Assembly (NCBI GenBank): GCA_009914755.4 | Contig: CP068257.2 | Location: 19,328,001-19,392,000, forward strand | Direction of reading: 5' to 3' | DNA from: the human T2T-CHM13v2.0 reference genome, Homo sapiens | Length of the DNA stretch: 64,000 nt | In this document: piece by piece, positions 30,538 through 41,689 of the stretch | How the letters are laid out: each line of letters starts with the position of its first letter | How positions within the stretch are numbered: position 1 is the stretch's first letter | Made by a program: the position numbers and the translations under genes | The notes under the pieces: model-generated | Database searches by the model: none | Seen by the model: only the letters and a program-made list of their open reading frames with translations | What the model was told of the DNA's origin: nothing

Positions 30538-32324
30538 AAGTCATTCTTTGGTATCCACAGGGGGACTAGTTTCAATACTCTCACAGATCCTTGGATGCTC
30601 AAGTCCCTTATATAAAATAGCATAAATTTGCATATAACCTCCTGCATATTACATCATCTCTGGATTAGGTGTAATACATTATATAATGCAAATGCTTTGT
30701 AAATAGTCACTTTGCTGTATTTTTTTATTTACGTTATTTTGATTGTATCATTGTTTCATTTTTTTTAAAGTTATTTTTCATCCATGGTTGGTAGAATCTG
30801 AGGATGTAGAACTGTGGACGCAGAAGGCCTACTGTGTAGCATTTATCAATGCCCAAGAGAAATGAAGAATTGGAGTAAATAAATGAGTCACGGTCTTTCA
30901 CATCTATAAATGTGCTACTTCCACCCTTTCCTGCAAAGAGCTGACCATGAGTTTACTTAAGTGTGGTTAGTGCATTCCAGAACCAGTAAAGGGTGTGAGA
31001 AGGGTACCGTGGCAAAATAACTTTCTAAATATATTGTCTGCTATAAGATCAAGAGGAAATAAGAGGTTCTCTAGCTGTGAGGTGCTGAGAGGGCCATTGC
31101 TTAAGGCAGTTCAGCGATGGTGAGTTGAGGGCCGCCTTTCCCCTCCTCTCTTCCTGATAACCCCATCCCAGGATGCCAAGTGGACGAATCATCTGTATAA
31201 AGCGCTCTGCCTGGGGAGGACAAATCGCAGACGGTATCTCCCCTATGCATGTTAGCCTGTGTCTACTCTTGCCCCCTGCCCTCCCTGAAGGCAATGCACT
31301 GCCCTTTTCAGCGTGAAATCCCCAGGCTGGGGCTGGATTCTGAGCTCTACATTTCTACCTCCCCCCTCTCCAACCCCCGCTATTTCTATGTCCTCACTGA
31401 TAAGGAAGGAGCTAGGGTCCTTGTGGAGGCCGGGGCGAGGCAGTTGAGTTTTCTAAGGAGCCAGAGAGAAAGTGCAGATGAAAGGACCCATCGTCAGCGT
31501 TTGCAGGTCGCGGTAACCCCAGGCCAGATTGACATGGGCTCCGCACCCGGGCCGGTGATTCTGCCTCTTAACCGCTCTTGCAGGAGAGGTGACGTTAATC
31601 TCACAAACGTTTTCCTACCCTTCTAGGAGAAATAACGATAAGCCCCAATCTTAAGGAGCAGAGAGTTAGTTCCGGGCGTTTGCCACGGCTCCCTCACTTC
31701 AATTTACACTCGCACACGCGGGTACGTGGGTGTTCGGGGTAGGGCACTGATCTGGGGAAGGTCTCCCCCCCGCGACCCAACTCATCTTTGCACATTTGCA
31801 GTCCTCCCTCGGTGCACTCCTGGCGGGGATCTGGCCAGTGCAGCGCACTGGGACCGAGGGCAGAGCCCGCGGAGTGAGGCCAGGAGAGACTTCAGGCCTC
31901 TAAGGACACAGCTGAGGCTAAGGCTGAGTTGAACGCAGCCCCTCCCGCGGCTCGTCCCCTCTCCAGTGTCTCTCCCGTAAGGTGCCGCTCCCAACAGCAA
32001 TGGGTCGAGATGTAGAGGAAACACTCTGTACGTTATTTTTCCGCCCACCCTTTAGCGCCTGAGGAGACAGACAGTGTAGACTTTAGGGTACAATTGCTTC
32101 CCCTCTGTCGCGGCGGGGTGGGGAGCGTGGGAAGGGGACAGCCGCGCAAGGGGCCAGCCTGCTCCAGGTTTGAGCGAGAGAGGGAGAAGGAGGTCCACGG
32201 AGAGACAAGAATCTCCCTCCTCCCACGCCCAAAAGGAATAAGCTGCGGGGCACACCGCCCGCCTCCAGATCCCCCATTCACGTTGAGCCGGGGCGCGCTC
32301 GGGGCGGTCGCCTGCAGTATCAGT

Positions 32325-32408
32325 ATCAGCATCAGCATCAGCATCAGCATCTGCATGAGCATCAGCTCAGCTCAGCTCAGCTCAGCATCAGCTCAGCTGT
32401 CCTGAGGC
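32325..32408. repeat. composite hexa/pentanucleotide microsatellite (CAGTAT)2(CAGCAT)4..(CAGCT)4..CAGCAT CAGCT CAGCTG inside the CpG island
   Basis: cagtatcagtatcagcatcagcatcagcatcagcatctgcatgagcatcagctcagctcagctcagctcagcatcagctcagctg. Confidence 0.9.
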
Positions 32409-32599
32409 AGCCGGCGGCTGTGAAGGAGCTCCAGGCTGCCCCCATCCCCACGCCCTTCTCGGCTCAGGGCGTGCATGAACCTGCGGATGGCCGGCGGGCG
32501 AGTGGCGCCTTCGCGATCGCGGCCGCCCCTCTAGGCGGAGGCACCGGGGACCGAACCCGTGACTTCGAGCTCCACTGCGGACGAATCCCGGGACCGCGC

Positions 32600-32949
32600 G
32601 CCTCGCGGAAGAGCGGCCGCCGTGCAGCGCGGAGGGATACGCCTCGGCCGCACCTCCCCTCGCCGCGCCCCCGCCCCCGCCGCCCTCCCCGCCCGGCTCT
32701 GCTGCCGCCGCGGCGGCCGCTGCTGCTGCTGCTTCTGCCGCCGCTGCCGCCGCCGCTGCCTGGATATAGTGCGGCAAGAGCGGAGCTTGCAGTCACTTTG
32801 CGAGGAGGAGCGCGCGGGCTGCGGGCGGCTGGGGCACCGCGGGAGCGGCGGCGGCGGCTCTAGCAGAGGCGGCCGGGGCAGCGAAAGGTTCTCTCTCCAG
32901 GGCTGGACTTAATAACTTTGAAACTGTCCACCGGTGTCACGTCCTGAAC
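32600..32949 (+). other. NCAM2: putative 5' UTR portion of NCAM2 exon 1 (TSS not determinable from sequence; 5' boundary is a guess)
   Basis: GC-rich, CpG-dense sequence directly upstream of the ATG with no TATA box within 250 nt, typical of a CpG-island TSS-dispersed promoter. No uATG in the last ~190 nt. Confidence 0.35.
32697..32760. repeat. (GCC/GCT)n imperfect triplet repeat (~21 triplets) ~190 nt upstream of the ATG, in the putative 5' UTR or proximal promoter
   Basis: ctctgctgccgccgcggcggccgctgctgctgctgcttctgccgccgctgccgccgccgctgcc. Confidence 0.9.
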
Positions 32950-33004
32950 ATGAGCCTCCTCCTCTCCTTCTACCTGCTGGGGTTGCTTGTCAGTAGCGGG
33001 CAAG
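32950..33004 (+). CDS. NCAM2: NCAM2 exon 1 coding segment: initiator ATG plus signal peptide MSLLLSFYLLGLLVSSGQ and the first nt (G) of the next codon; the exon ends at a GT donor
   Basis: ATG at 32950 with A at -3 and no upstream ATG in the preceding ~190 nt. The translation has the typical n/h/c organisation of a secretory signal peptide. The reading frame stops at caag|GTAGGA (donor at 33005). The peptide matches the N-terminus of human NCAM2 as I remember it (MSLLLSFYLLGLLVSSGQALLQV...). Too short to appear in the 60-aa ORF track. Confidence 0.8.
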
Positions 33005-33010
33005 GTAGGA
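33005..33010 (+). promoter_or_regulatory. NCAM2: 5' splice donor (GTAGGA) of NCAM2 intron 1
   Basis: caag|gtagga follows the signal-peptide codons. A stop codon would otherwise follow shortly downstream in frame in AT-rich sequence. Confidence 0.7.
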
Positions 33011-36000
33011 GTGTGGCGCTTTATTGCATTTACTTTCCCTCCCCCTTCCACCCGGCCAAGAGAGGCAAAGAGGGAGGCGCAGGAAGAATGAAATGAAAGA
33101 ACTAAAGTTACAGTTATTGCTGTTGTTGTTATTATTATTTTCGTTCTTTCTCCTAGCTGTCCCTAAAATTGTATCTGTTGTGTGGAGACCCTTAAATAAG
33201 AGAAGGGAAAATACAGAATTGGAGAGGGGAATCGGTGAGCAGGATATCCAGGGAAACCGCTTCTTCTTCTTCTTTTTTTTTCCTCTGGGATTATGGCTTT
33301 CTCTTATTTTTATTATCAGAAATTGGATGAGTGTGTTAACAGTGAAATATCTGAGGTTGCGGAAGGAAAGGGCACGATGGTGTTTTACAGAAGCAGCAAA
33401 AACTATCAGTGTTAAACTCATTTGCAAAATATCTGCTGTGTGCAAGACGTTCGATTCTTGGAGACTCTTTTTTTTTTCCACCCCTTTCCCAAAACCCTAA
33501 TTCCTGACTATGAAGTGAATGATGATGGCTTATTTCTGTTGGAAACTAAGAGAGGGGCCGTGGATATTGTGTGTAAGAAAGCAAATGGATAAAACTAGGG
33601 ATGTGTTGCAGTCATTCATTTTGACCCCAACCCCTTATTAATACAGAAAGGTGGAATCATTTTATAACATTACATTGTAATTACACCTGTAGAGGATTTT
33701 TGGGGTTGTGGGAGAACTGGTGGAAGCTTTTATCTCTTAAAAAAAAAAAATGAATAGCCTGGTAGAATAACCTGAGAGGGAATTTGTGGAAGCTATCACT
33801 GTTTGTCTCTAGAGAGATAGATATGAATTTATCTGGCTGTTTAGATAGTAAACACTCACATGAAATATATTTACAATAAATGGAAGCATTTTCAACTGTC
33901 CAGACAAGTTTGGACGTTTAATTAGGGACACAAAATGCTAAAACATGCATTGGTGAAAGTCTTTAAAGGAAAAATAAAATAGCACTAATTTTGAGATATG
34001 TAATGATTGCAAAGAATGTTATGTTGTTAGTGTAGTGTGAAATTGGTTTTTTAAAATAATATAATAAATTACAAGACAAGTTAAAATATCCCCAAGATAT
34101 TCAGTTCTAAGCATTTTTAGCCTCTTCTGTATTGCTCGTTTGGTCCAGCAGGCGGTGGTAGAACTCCATTTTAAGCCCAGAAGTTGGTTTCTGCTCTTCC
34201 ACAGAGTCCTTCTATCATTCTTCAGCAGGGCTTGACATTTTGGATGTGAAGCCTTCCTTTTTCTGCCCTTCTCCTCCCCACAGCTATAGTGTTAGTGGCG
34301 GATGAAACACGATTGGATGCAGATTTAATGTTCAGAAATCAGTATGCAAATGTTGGATATTCCTATAGTTTGTAAAGTGTCTTGATAAGATTCTGCTCAT
34401 TTTCCCTTCCTAACATAGAGTATGAAATATTTCAGTCTTAGCAAAATTGCAGATATGTCCATCTGAAGCTAATACTAGCCCAATTCGTTAATTCAGTGGT
34501 TCTTAAGCAAAGATCAGCATGCACATATGTCCTACAGATATGCTTCTTTAATTTTCAGATAGCTGCTGATTGTGTTTAACTGTTCATTTATAGCATAGAC
34601 AGGTATTTTTGAGCACCAAGAAACAATCCCTGAAAATTGCAGTTAAAATACAACTGCAATTAAATAAGTGTAGGTAGTGTGGGGCAGAATGGGAGCATAA
34701 TAGGAAACAAGTTTATGCAGACTTAGGATTACATTGTGAGTGGTTTGGAGAAGAAAAATGTCTCAGTTGTGGAATCTGAATTTATCATTGCAGAGGCTAA
34801 GTGTGTTGGAATTTGGAGACATAGGAAATTAGAAATGTTTAGATATATAGGTTTAAATAGTACACAGAGACATAAAATTTGGATGTGTACATGTAACATA
34901 GATGTGAAATTGTGATTCAGCTAATTTGTAAGTCAGGATACGAGGTGGTTATGAAGAGGCACTCTGAGACAAGCATCTCTGAAGGGGAGCCCATATTCAC
35001 TGTAATGAAACAGGGTAGAAGGAGACCATCATTGTAAAGATCTCTCTATCTAGTACAATTTCACAATGTGTGGCACTCATAGAGACACAGATATATATCA
35101 GAGAGACGTAGCTTTTGTGAAAGGGAACATATAGTACTTCTATGCCATGTGTCCTGATGAAGTCAGAGATGCTTGGATATTGATATCCTCATCCTGGAGT
35201 CCAATTCCTCTATGCTAGTGTTTTGTTCTCTAATTAAGGATGCAGCAGCAAGTATCAGACACACCACCGGGAGCTGTTTAAAAAAACAGACCTAGTGTAA
35301 CTCATGATTTTGTTTATTCTCTTGTAAAGAGGGCCATGGAAAAGCCACCAGTCAGTGATCCCTGGTCTTGCCTTAGAAATACTAAAATCTCAGCTTGCTG
35401 ATTTATGTGTCCAACAGTATACTTGCAGGGGATTTTATGAAGCATGATTGAAGCTATTGCTTTGGAAAGTGGTGTGCAGTTAGACTGAGGAAAGGCAACA
35501 ATGATGTATTCCCTTTTTAGGAGTCAAAACGTTTTGAACTGAAGCAGTTGAATAGGAGAAAATGACATTAAGTGAGAAACTGACTAACTTAAGTGAATGC
35601 CAATACTATAATTAGCTAACAAGGCCTAATAGTTTACTTGTAACTCTCAATACAACCTTATTGTTGTACAGTAGTAAGACGCTTTTTTTTATTGTAGCAG
35701 AAATACTCCTTTAAAAGCCTCTAATTTCCACTGCAAGATTAATGTATAATGAAGTAAGGTTAGAATGTTATTGTGAAGTCTGAATTTAATTGTCAATGAA
35801 AGAAAATGCTGTAATTCTGTAACTTTTGCAATTATTTTTCCTTTGTGTTCAAAACTTGGTCACAGGCTTTGTAATCATAAATCTCAAGTGATAACTTCAG
35901 TTTCTGATTAACTGCATTTGCTGTTTGGATCTTTGTATATTCAAATTTCCAAACTGTTGTATGTATGGATTGCTTTCGTGAGAGTTTTTACATTTTTGAA

Positions 36001-39000
36001 ACCACTTCCTTCTTCCTTTAAAAATTAAACAAGTATGATTAATAAGCATTTTTCCTGGATGTTCACATATGTAAGATAGAAGCACTGTTATACTAAAACC
36101 TAAAGTAAGAATAATGCTATTCATCTCTCTTGCAATGCAGTTCAAACGTACCACTTAGAACACTTACCTAAGCCAAAATCGTGAGGAAAGGAGGGGTGAA
36201 TTGCCCAGTTGATCAGTTAAAGCAGTCATCTGCTTACAGTTATTCTCTTTGGTGAAGTGCTAGTAAGTCATTGTACATTACAGCAATGTACCTTCTAAAA
36301 ATAGAGCACAGGTGTGTGAGTGTCTACTAGTTTGAAGATTACAGGAGAGATCTCCACAAACTCATCTTCTGTCGGGGCTGTTACATGGCTCCAGCCTCTC
36401 TCGTATGCTTTTTCTATCTGCTGTGCTCTAATTCTTTGATATCAGCCTCTCTGTGCAAAGTTTCTATTAAATCGACTGGGTCTTCTTTTGCACTTGGGGA
36501 AGATGTAATGTAAAGGCTAATGTAAATTAATATCTTTATTGTCAGAGTAACCCAGAGGATTTCCCTCACTACTTCATATCAAAGGAGTTAGGCAGAGTAT
36601 TTTCTCACTTTTAATGCAGAATCGGAGCCCATAGAGCAAGAAGGGAAGTTGGTGGGTCCCGAGAGTGTCAGATGAGTCTTTTCAATGACACAGGGAGCTA
36701 ATTTTCTCCCCGAGGTACTGTCCTACTAGAGAAGCAATTAATGGAACAAAAGAACCTCATTCAGTACCAAAAGTTAGACTTCATATGATTTTGTAAATAG
36801 AATGGCCTTCTTTCAAAAATAGGACTAGTTTGTAATGAAACTGAGAAATGAGCTACAGAGATTGAGGCTAGTAACCAAGCTGAACAGTGTAATTTGTTTT
36901 TGCCTGTCCTCGTGTGGAAGCAGTGCAAATAGTAACAGGATCGACAATCTGAAGACTCTGGAACTGGTCCTCCTGCATTCTCTGTCTTTTAACATTTGGG
37001 AAATCATTGTAACTTATCTCTTTTCAGGGTCATCTCTCACAGCAATGAATTTTTGAGAGCATGAAGAAAAGTGCTCAATAACTATAGAGTGATTCTAAAT
37101 TGCCCTATTTCCCCCCAAAATGAAATTAATCCCTTGAGTGTTGATATGTGCAAAATTAATTTAATAATTTGAATATACTTCTGAAGGGACTATCATTGTT
37201 TTTCAAATTTTGTTGTCCTAAATTTTAAATTTATTGTTCCCTTTATACAATCCCAATTAAACTGAGGATAGGCCTATTTAAAAGATTATAAATTTGTTTT
37301 AATTTTCCAAATTACATGATATGAGAACACTTTAAGATGCAACCAGTGCTTTTATGCTTTTATTAAATGTAAAATTCCTGCACTTTATAGAGCCAAGCTA
37401 TCTCTAATTGTTCAACAAATAAAAGTGCTTCTCTCTGGTGCTCTTTTAAATATTTTAATAACTTTTAACAATTTACAGTTATAATAAGAGTACTAATCAC
37501 AAATAGATATCAACATATTTCCTAGTTTTCTATGTTCACTTGTGCCACTAAGGATCCATCAAACATTACCAGACATTTTAGAAAGCTGTGAAGTAATGAA
37601 ACATCTTGAATTTAAATCAAGATGTTTGAATTTAAATCATTAAGAAAGATAATGGGGAATTTTGAGAATATTTATAAGCATGGCAATCAAAACATTATAG
37701 TTTGAAGAATTTCAGGTCCATTGATCAAATCTTTCTTGGCTCCATTTGATTTATTACAACTCACAGGGATGAAGAAAATTCATTGGATTTGGAGTCAGAA
37801 GACCTAGGCTACTAAGAGTCTCTTAACCTTGAAGAAGCAACTTATGCTCTTAGAACCACTATTTGCTTATTTGAAAATTTGATATTATAAAATCTGGCCA
37901 GTTGACCTTGATGCTCGGCCATGAGGAGCAATTGTAACAATAAATATGTGTAGGCAGGCACCTTACCAAATGTCAACCCTACTATGCTAGGCTTTGTTTA
38001 TATTTTTTAATAATGTGTATACAGATTAATTTGTGGCTTATAAACATTTATTTAGTTTTAAAAAATCATCATAAGCTGCTCTGTGATTAGAAAAAAATAT
38101 CAAGGGGACAGAGATTACTTAAGTTATTGATAAGGGCGACTCATTCATCATTTATTCATTTATCTAACATTTACAGAATACCTGCCCTGTCCCAGACACC
38201 TCATTAGACAGCATTACTAGGAATGGTTGCGTAGATTGTGTGAAGAACAACTCCAGGGGGCGTCACTTATTGTCCTAGTGATGCAACACATATTTATTTT
38301 TACAATTTGCCAGCAGATGGCAGTAAAAGGTTTTGAGGAATGATGCGCTTTTTTTTGTATCATGAATCCTTTCTATGGACCAACATCAGGCTGGTGTTAA
38401 ACACCAAGAGGCTTAGGATGGGCACATAATGAAGATAAATGACTTACTAAAGATCAAACAGAAAAGTAAAAAGGTTAGTTACTAGAGCTCCAGTCTCCAA
38501 ACTCTTCAGTTCTCCTAACACCAAACTTGTTCATAGATTTTATTTAAATGAATCTAATATATCTTCAGCTCAAAGTAAAATATATTTAAATTCTGTGCCA
38601 TTTTGTCAGATAATCAAATAACAAGCACTTTTTGAGGCCTTAAAATGAGAATATTATCAGCACCTTCTAACAGTACCGACCACTTGTGCGAAGTGCTTTC
38701 AGTCACCTTATAACTTATGATTACCAATGAGTCAAGAGACAATTAGCTTTGTTTTATGGATGAAGAAATTGAGGTACAGAAGAATGATCCGATTTGCCTA
38801 TATCACTTATTTTTGTAGTTATCTGGAACTGGGAGTAGATTTTCCAACTTCCAGTTGCATACCTATTTTTGATATATTGTTGATTCATTTGTTTAAAAAT
38901 TTGCATGTGTGTGGAAAATTCAATGTTGATAATTACAAAAACAAATAATATAAATTTAAAAAGCCAAATAAGCATGAGGGAGATATATAACTTGTTCAAC

Positions 39001-40609
39001 AAAATATTATAAAATGACAAAATATGTCATATAATTAATTAAACACTAAGTAGTCTGAGTCCTTAGCGGTTTAGTGCCTAGAATGAGCTAAAATTGATTG
39101 TGTTTACTAACTGACAGGCTCTCTTATCATAATCCTCTATTAGCTTGTTATTATTACGATTATCGTTCCTTTATCCATGAGGGCCATGAGATACAGGGAG
39201 TTTAAATAACTAAGATTGTACTGCTTGGAAATGAGGGTTTGCATATGGGACATGTCCAAAGCCTAGCCTCTTACCAGGACATCACCTTGCCATTCAGTGA
39301 AACAGAAAGGGCTTCAATATAGTGAGAGTAAATGGAGAAGATTATTAATACAAGGAGAAAAAAAATGAGTGAACAAATTGTAAGAAGGGAGGGGCGCGTT
39401 GAGAGAATAGAAATAATCCAGTTTAATGAATCCAAGGATTCACTAAGCAGTTTGGAAAGGTGAGCCTCTGCACTCAGTTCTGGAAATAGTGGTGGAAGTG
39501 GAAGATAGAGTGACCTGGAGGCCAAGCTGGTTTGACTCTAGTGTAAATCTTTTGGAGCCATTGTTTGGGCAGGAGAGTAACATGGTTAAATTTTGGTTTG
39601 TTTTTAAGTCTGCTGGCCATGGCCATGTGTAGGATGGACCAGAAGGAAAGCAAAAGAAGTGGACGTGGCACATGTGTCTATGGAAGACTTAATAGGATCT
39701 TAGTAACAAATACAAATTGAGAAATTGGTAGGAACGTGCCGCATGAAGTTTTACGTTTATTTAACAGAAAAAAAAGGTTATATCTTAATAGAAATAGGAA
39801 AAATAAATGAAAAAGTGCACCCATTTTCAGTAATTTTTAACTTGTTATTTTTAAAATTATATATCAAGTTGCTGTATTCATGGCACATCTAGATAAAAAT
39901 GTCAATAAATTTGAAAATGGAAACTGTTGATCTTTTTATTGGCCAATTCTTCAGAATAATTTCTTCACTTTTATTTGTCATCTGTCTTTATCTTGTTCTT
40001 CCATCCCCATTTATACTTTAAATGTTGTGTAGTATACTTCTGGAATTTTGGGTAAAATCTCAGAAGTATGTAGGTAAAATTTGTTTTCATTATATATTCT
40101 TCATTTAAGTCAGCTTCTCTGCTTTATTTATAGTTTCTTTTTCTTTTTAACACTGGCACACCAAAACAAAATAAAATCCAGGAGAACGCCCCCCCCAAAA
40201 AAAAAACCCTAAAAACTGACATGAAAAAAGATTTTTGGTATTGAATATATAAAATTTTAACATTTTTCTATTAGTGTCCAAGGGAGGAAAAAAAGAACTA
40301 ATATTTTTGAGCACCTCTTCTATGCCAGAGAGCTGTGTTGAGCATTTTTACTCATTATCTCATTGAATCCTGATTATATCGTATTTTATAGATGACATTC
40401 CTGAGATTAAGAGTGCCTGATTTGCCCAGAGATTTTAAGTTCCTTCTTTAGGCTGACGCTCACATTTATATCAAAGAGCATTAAATACATTTAAGATATG
40501 ATTCGGTCTTTTTTGCTACAGTGTTTGTTTCTTGGATGCATCTTATCTTGTTACACCATTGATAAACCAGGGGATGATGTGTTATAATGCAGAAATTGTG
40601 TTGATCCAT

Positions 40610-40915
40610 GGGTTGGGAGTGGTGGCTCACATCTGTAATCCCAGGACTTTGGGAGGCCAAGGCCGGCAGGTTGCTTGAGATCAGAAGTTTGAAACCAGCC
40701 TGGGCAACATGGCAAATCTCCGTCTTTACCAAAAATACAAAAATTAGCTGGGCGTGGTGGTGCATACCTCACTAGTCCCAGCTACTTGGAAGGCTGAGGT
40801 TAGAAAATCACTTGAGTCTGGGAGGCAGAGGCTGCACCAAGCAGAGATAGCATCACTGCACTCCAGCCTGGGTGACAGAGTGAGACCCCATCTCAAAAAA
40901 GAAAATGAAAAACAT
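40610..40915 (+). mobile_element. Alu SINE (older, AluJ/S-like) with ~12-bp TSD gtgt(t/c)gatccat
   Basis: gggttgggagtggtggctcacatctgtaatcccaggactttgggaggccaaggccggcaggttgcttgagatcagaagtttgaaaccagcctgggcaacatggcaaa... Confidence 0.9.
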
Positions 40916-41689
40916 GTGTCGATCCATACATGATTTTCTCCACTCATTAATTTCTTAAGTAAGAGCCAGGCTTCCTCACAATTACAGAGAAAGCCTTAGC
41001 AAGCTATGAAGACATTAAGAAAAATATGAAAAAATCAACTTAAGGCCCTTCCTTTAGTACAAGTATTCATGTACTTAGTGGCTTTAAGAACATCTTGATT
41101 TCTGCTGTAATAGGCATCTCGTGAAGTTGAAAGTGCAGCTGAAGAAGCTGGGAAGTCATTCTGCCTGCTGAAAAATGATGTTTGTTTTTTGTTTACTTTG
41201 TTGTTTTTATTTTTTAAAGGCTACACTGTGGATCATAGTTTGCATTTTAAAGTGAATGCCCTTCAGGTCTTGCATCCTGATAGAGGGTGCAAAAGCTAGG
41301 TGCAAATACCAGCAGAGATTTAACTATGCTAGTATTGTAATTAAGACTTTTATGGTTTTTGCTGGTGCTTGTTTACAGATTTCTGCAGGTTTTGAATGTT
41401 CTGCCTCCTAATCCTGTCTTTTCCCATAAAGTATGATATTTTTTACTGCACAAGTTTTCAGACCCCAGAGATTTTCAGGGATGCAAATATGGTGTGATAT
41501 CAGAAATGCATGTCTTTACTTGTAAAATCAGCCAATGTACTGACTAAAACCTATAGTATAATATGAATAGGTCCCAATGTAAGAAAATAAGCTCACTTGT
41601 AGTTTGTTCTCAATATTAATGAGAGGACTTGGGGACATTTTTTCTATTATTGTAACTTGTTCATTCCCAGCGCTTTTTTTTGGTACCTC

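Larger units (their letters stand above)
31480..33080. promoter_or_regulatory. NCAM2: CpG island spanning the NCAM2 promoter, exon 1 and the first ~75 nt of intron 1
   Basis: CpG dinucleotides become abundant, unlike the CpG-depleted flanks (many cgcg, gcgc, ccgg strings; GC content visibly >65% between 32100 and 32900). The ATG lies at the 3' edge of the island. Confidence 0.8.

Noticed and set aside
32825-32860. Possible RE1/NRSE (REST) or CTCF site in the 5' UTR (ggcaccgcgggagcggcggcgg)
   Set aside because: It has only a half-site resemblance (GCACC..CGG) to the 21-bp RE1 consensus and only a partial resemblance to the CTCF core. In GC-rich sequence such partial matches are expected by chance.
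32388-32912. Long GC-rich ORFs in the CpG island (32388-32777 minus, 129 aa poly-Ala/Gly; 32420-32863 plus, 147 aa; 32464-32796 minus; 32559-32912 plus; also 32033-32362 minus MLMQMLML..., 32094-32405 plus)
   Set aside because: Stop codons are AT-rich, so GC-rich islands yield long ORFs in all six frames. The peptides are low-complexity (poly-A, poly-R/P, repeat-derived) and overlap each other in multiple frames. The real start codon lies downstream at 32950.
33024-33500. 158-aa + ORF and overlapping 163-aa minus ORF just downstream of exon 1
   Set aside because: It is intronic and low-complexity (poly-Leu from (TTG/TTA)n, poly-Phe from T-runs, poly-Lys from A-runs). Both strands are open simultaneously, which is typical of AT-rich simple sequence.
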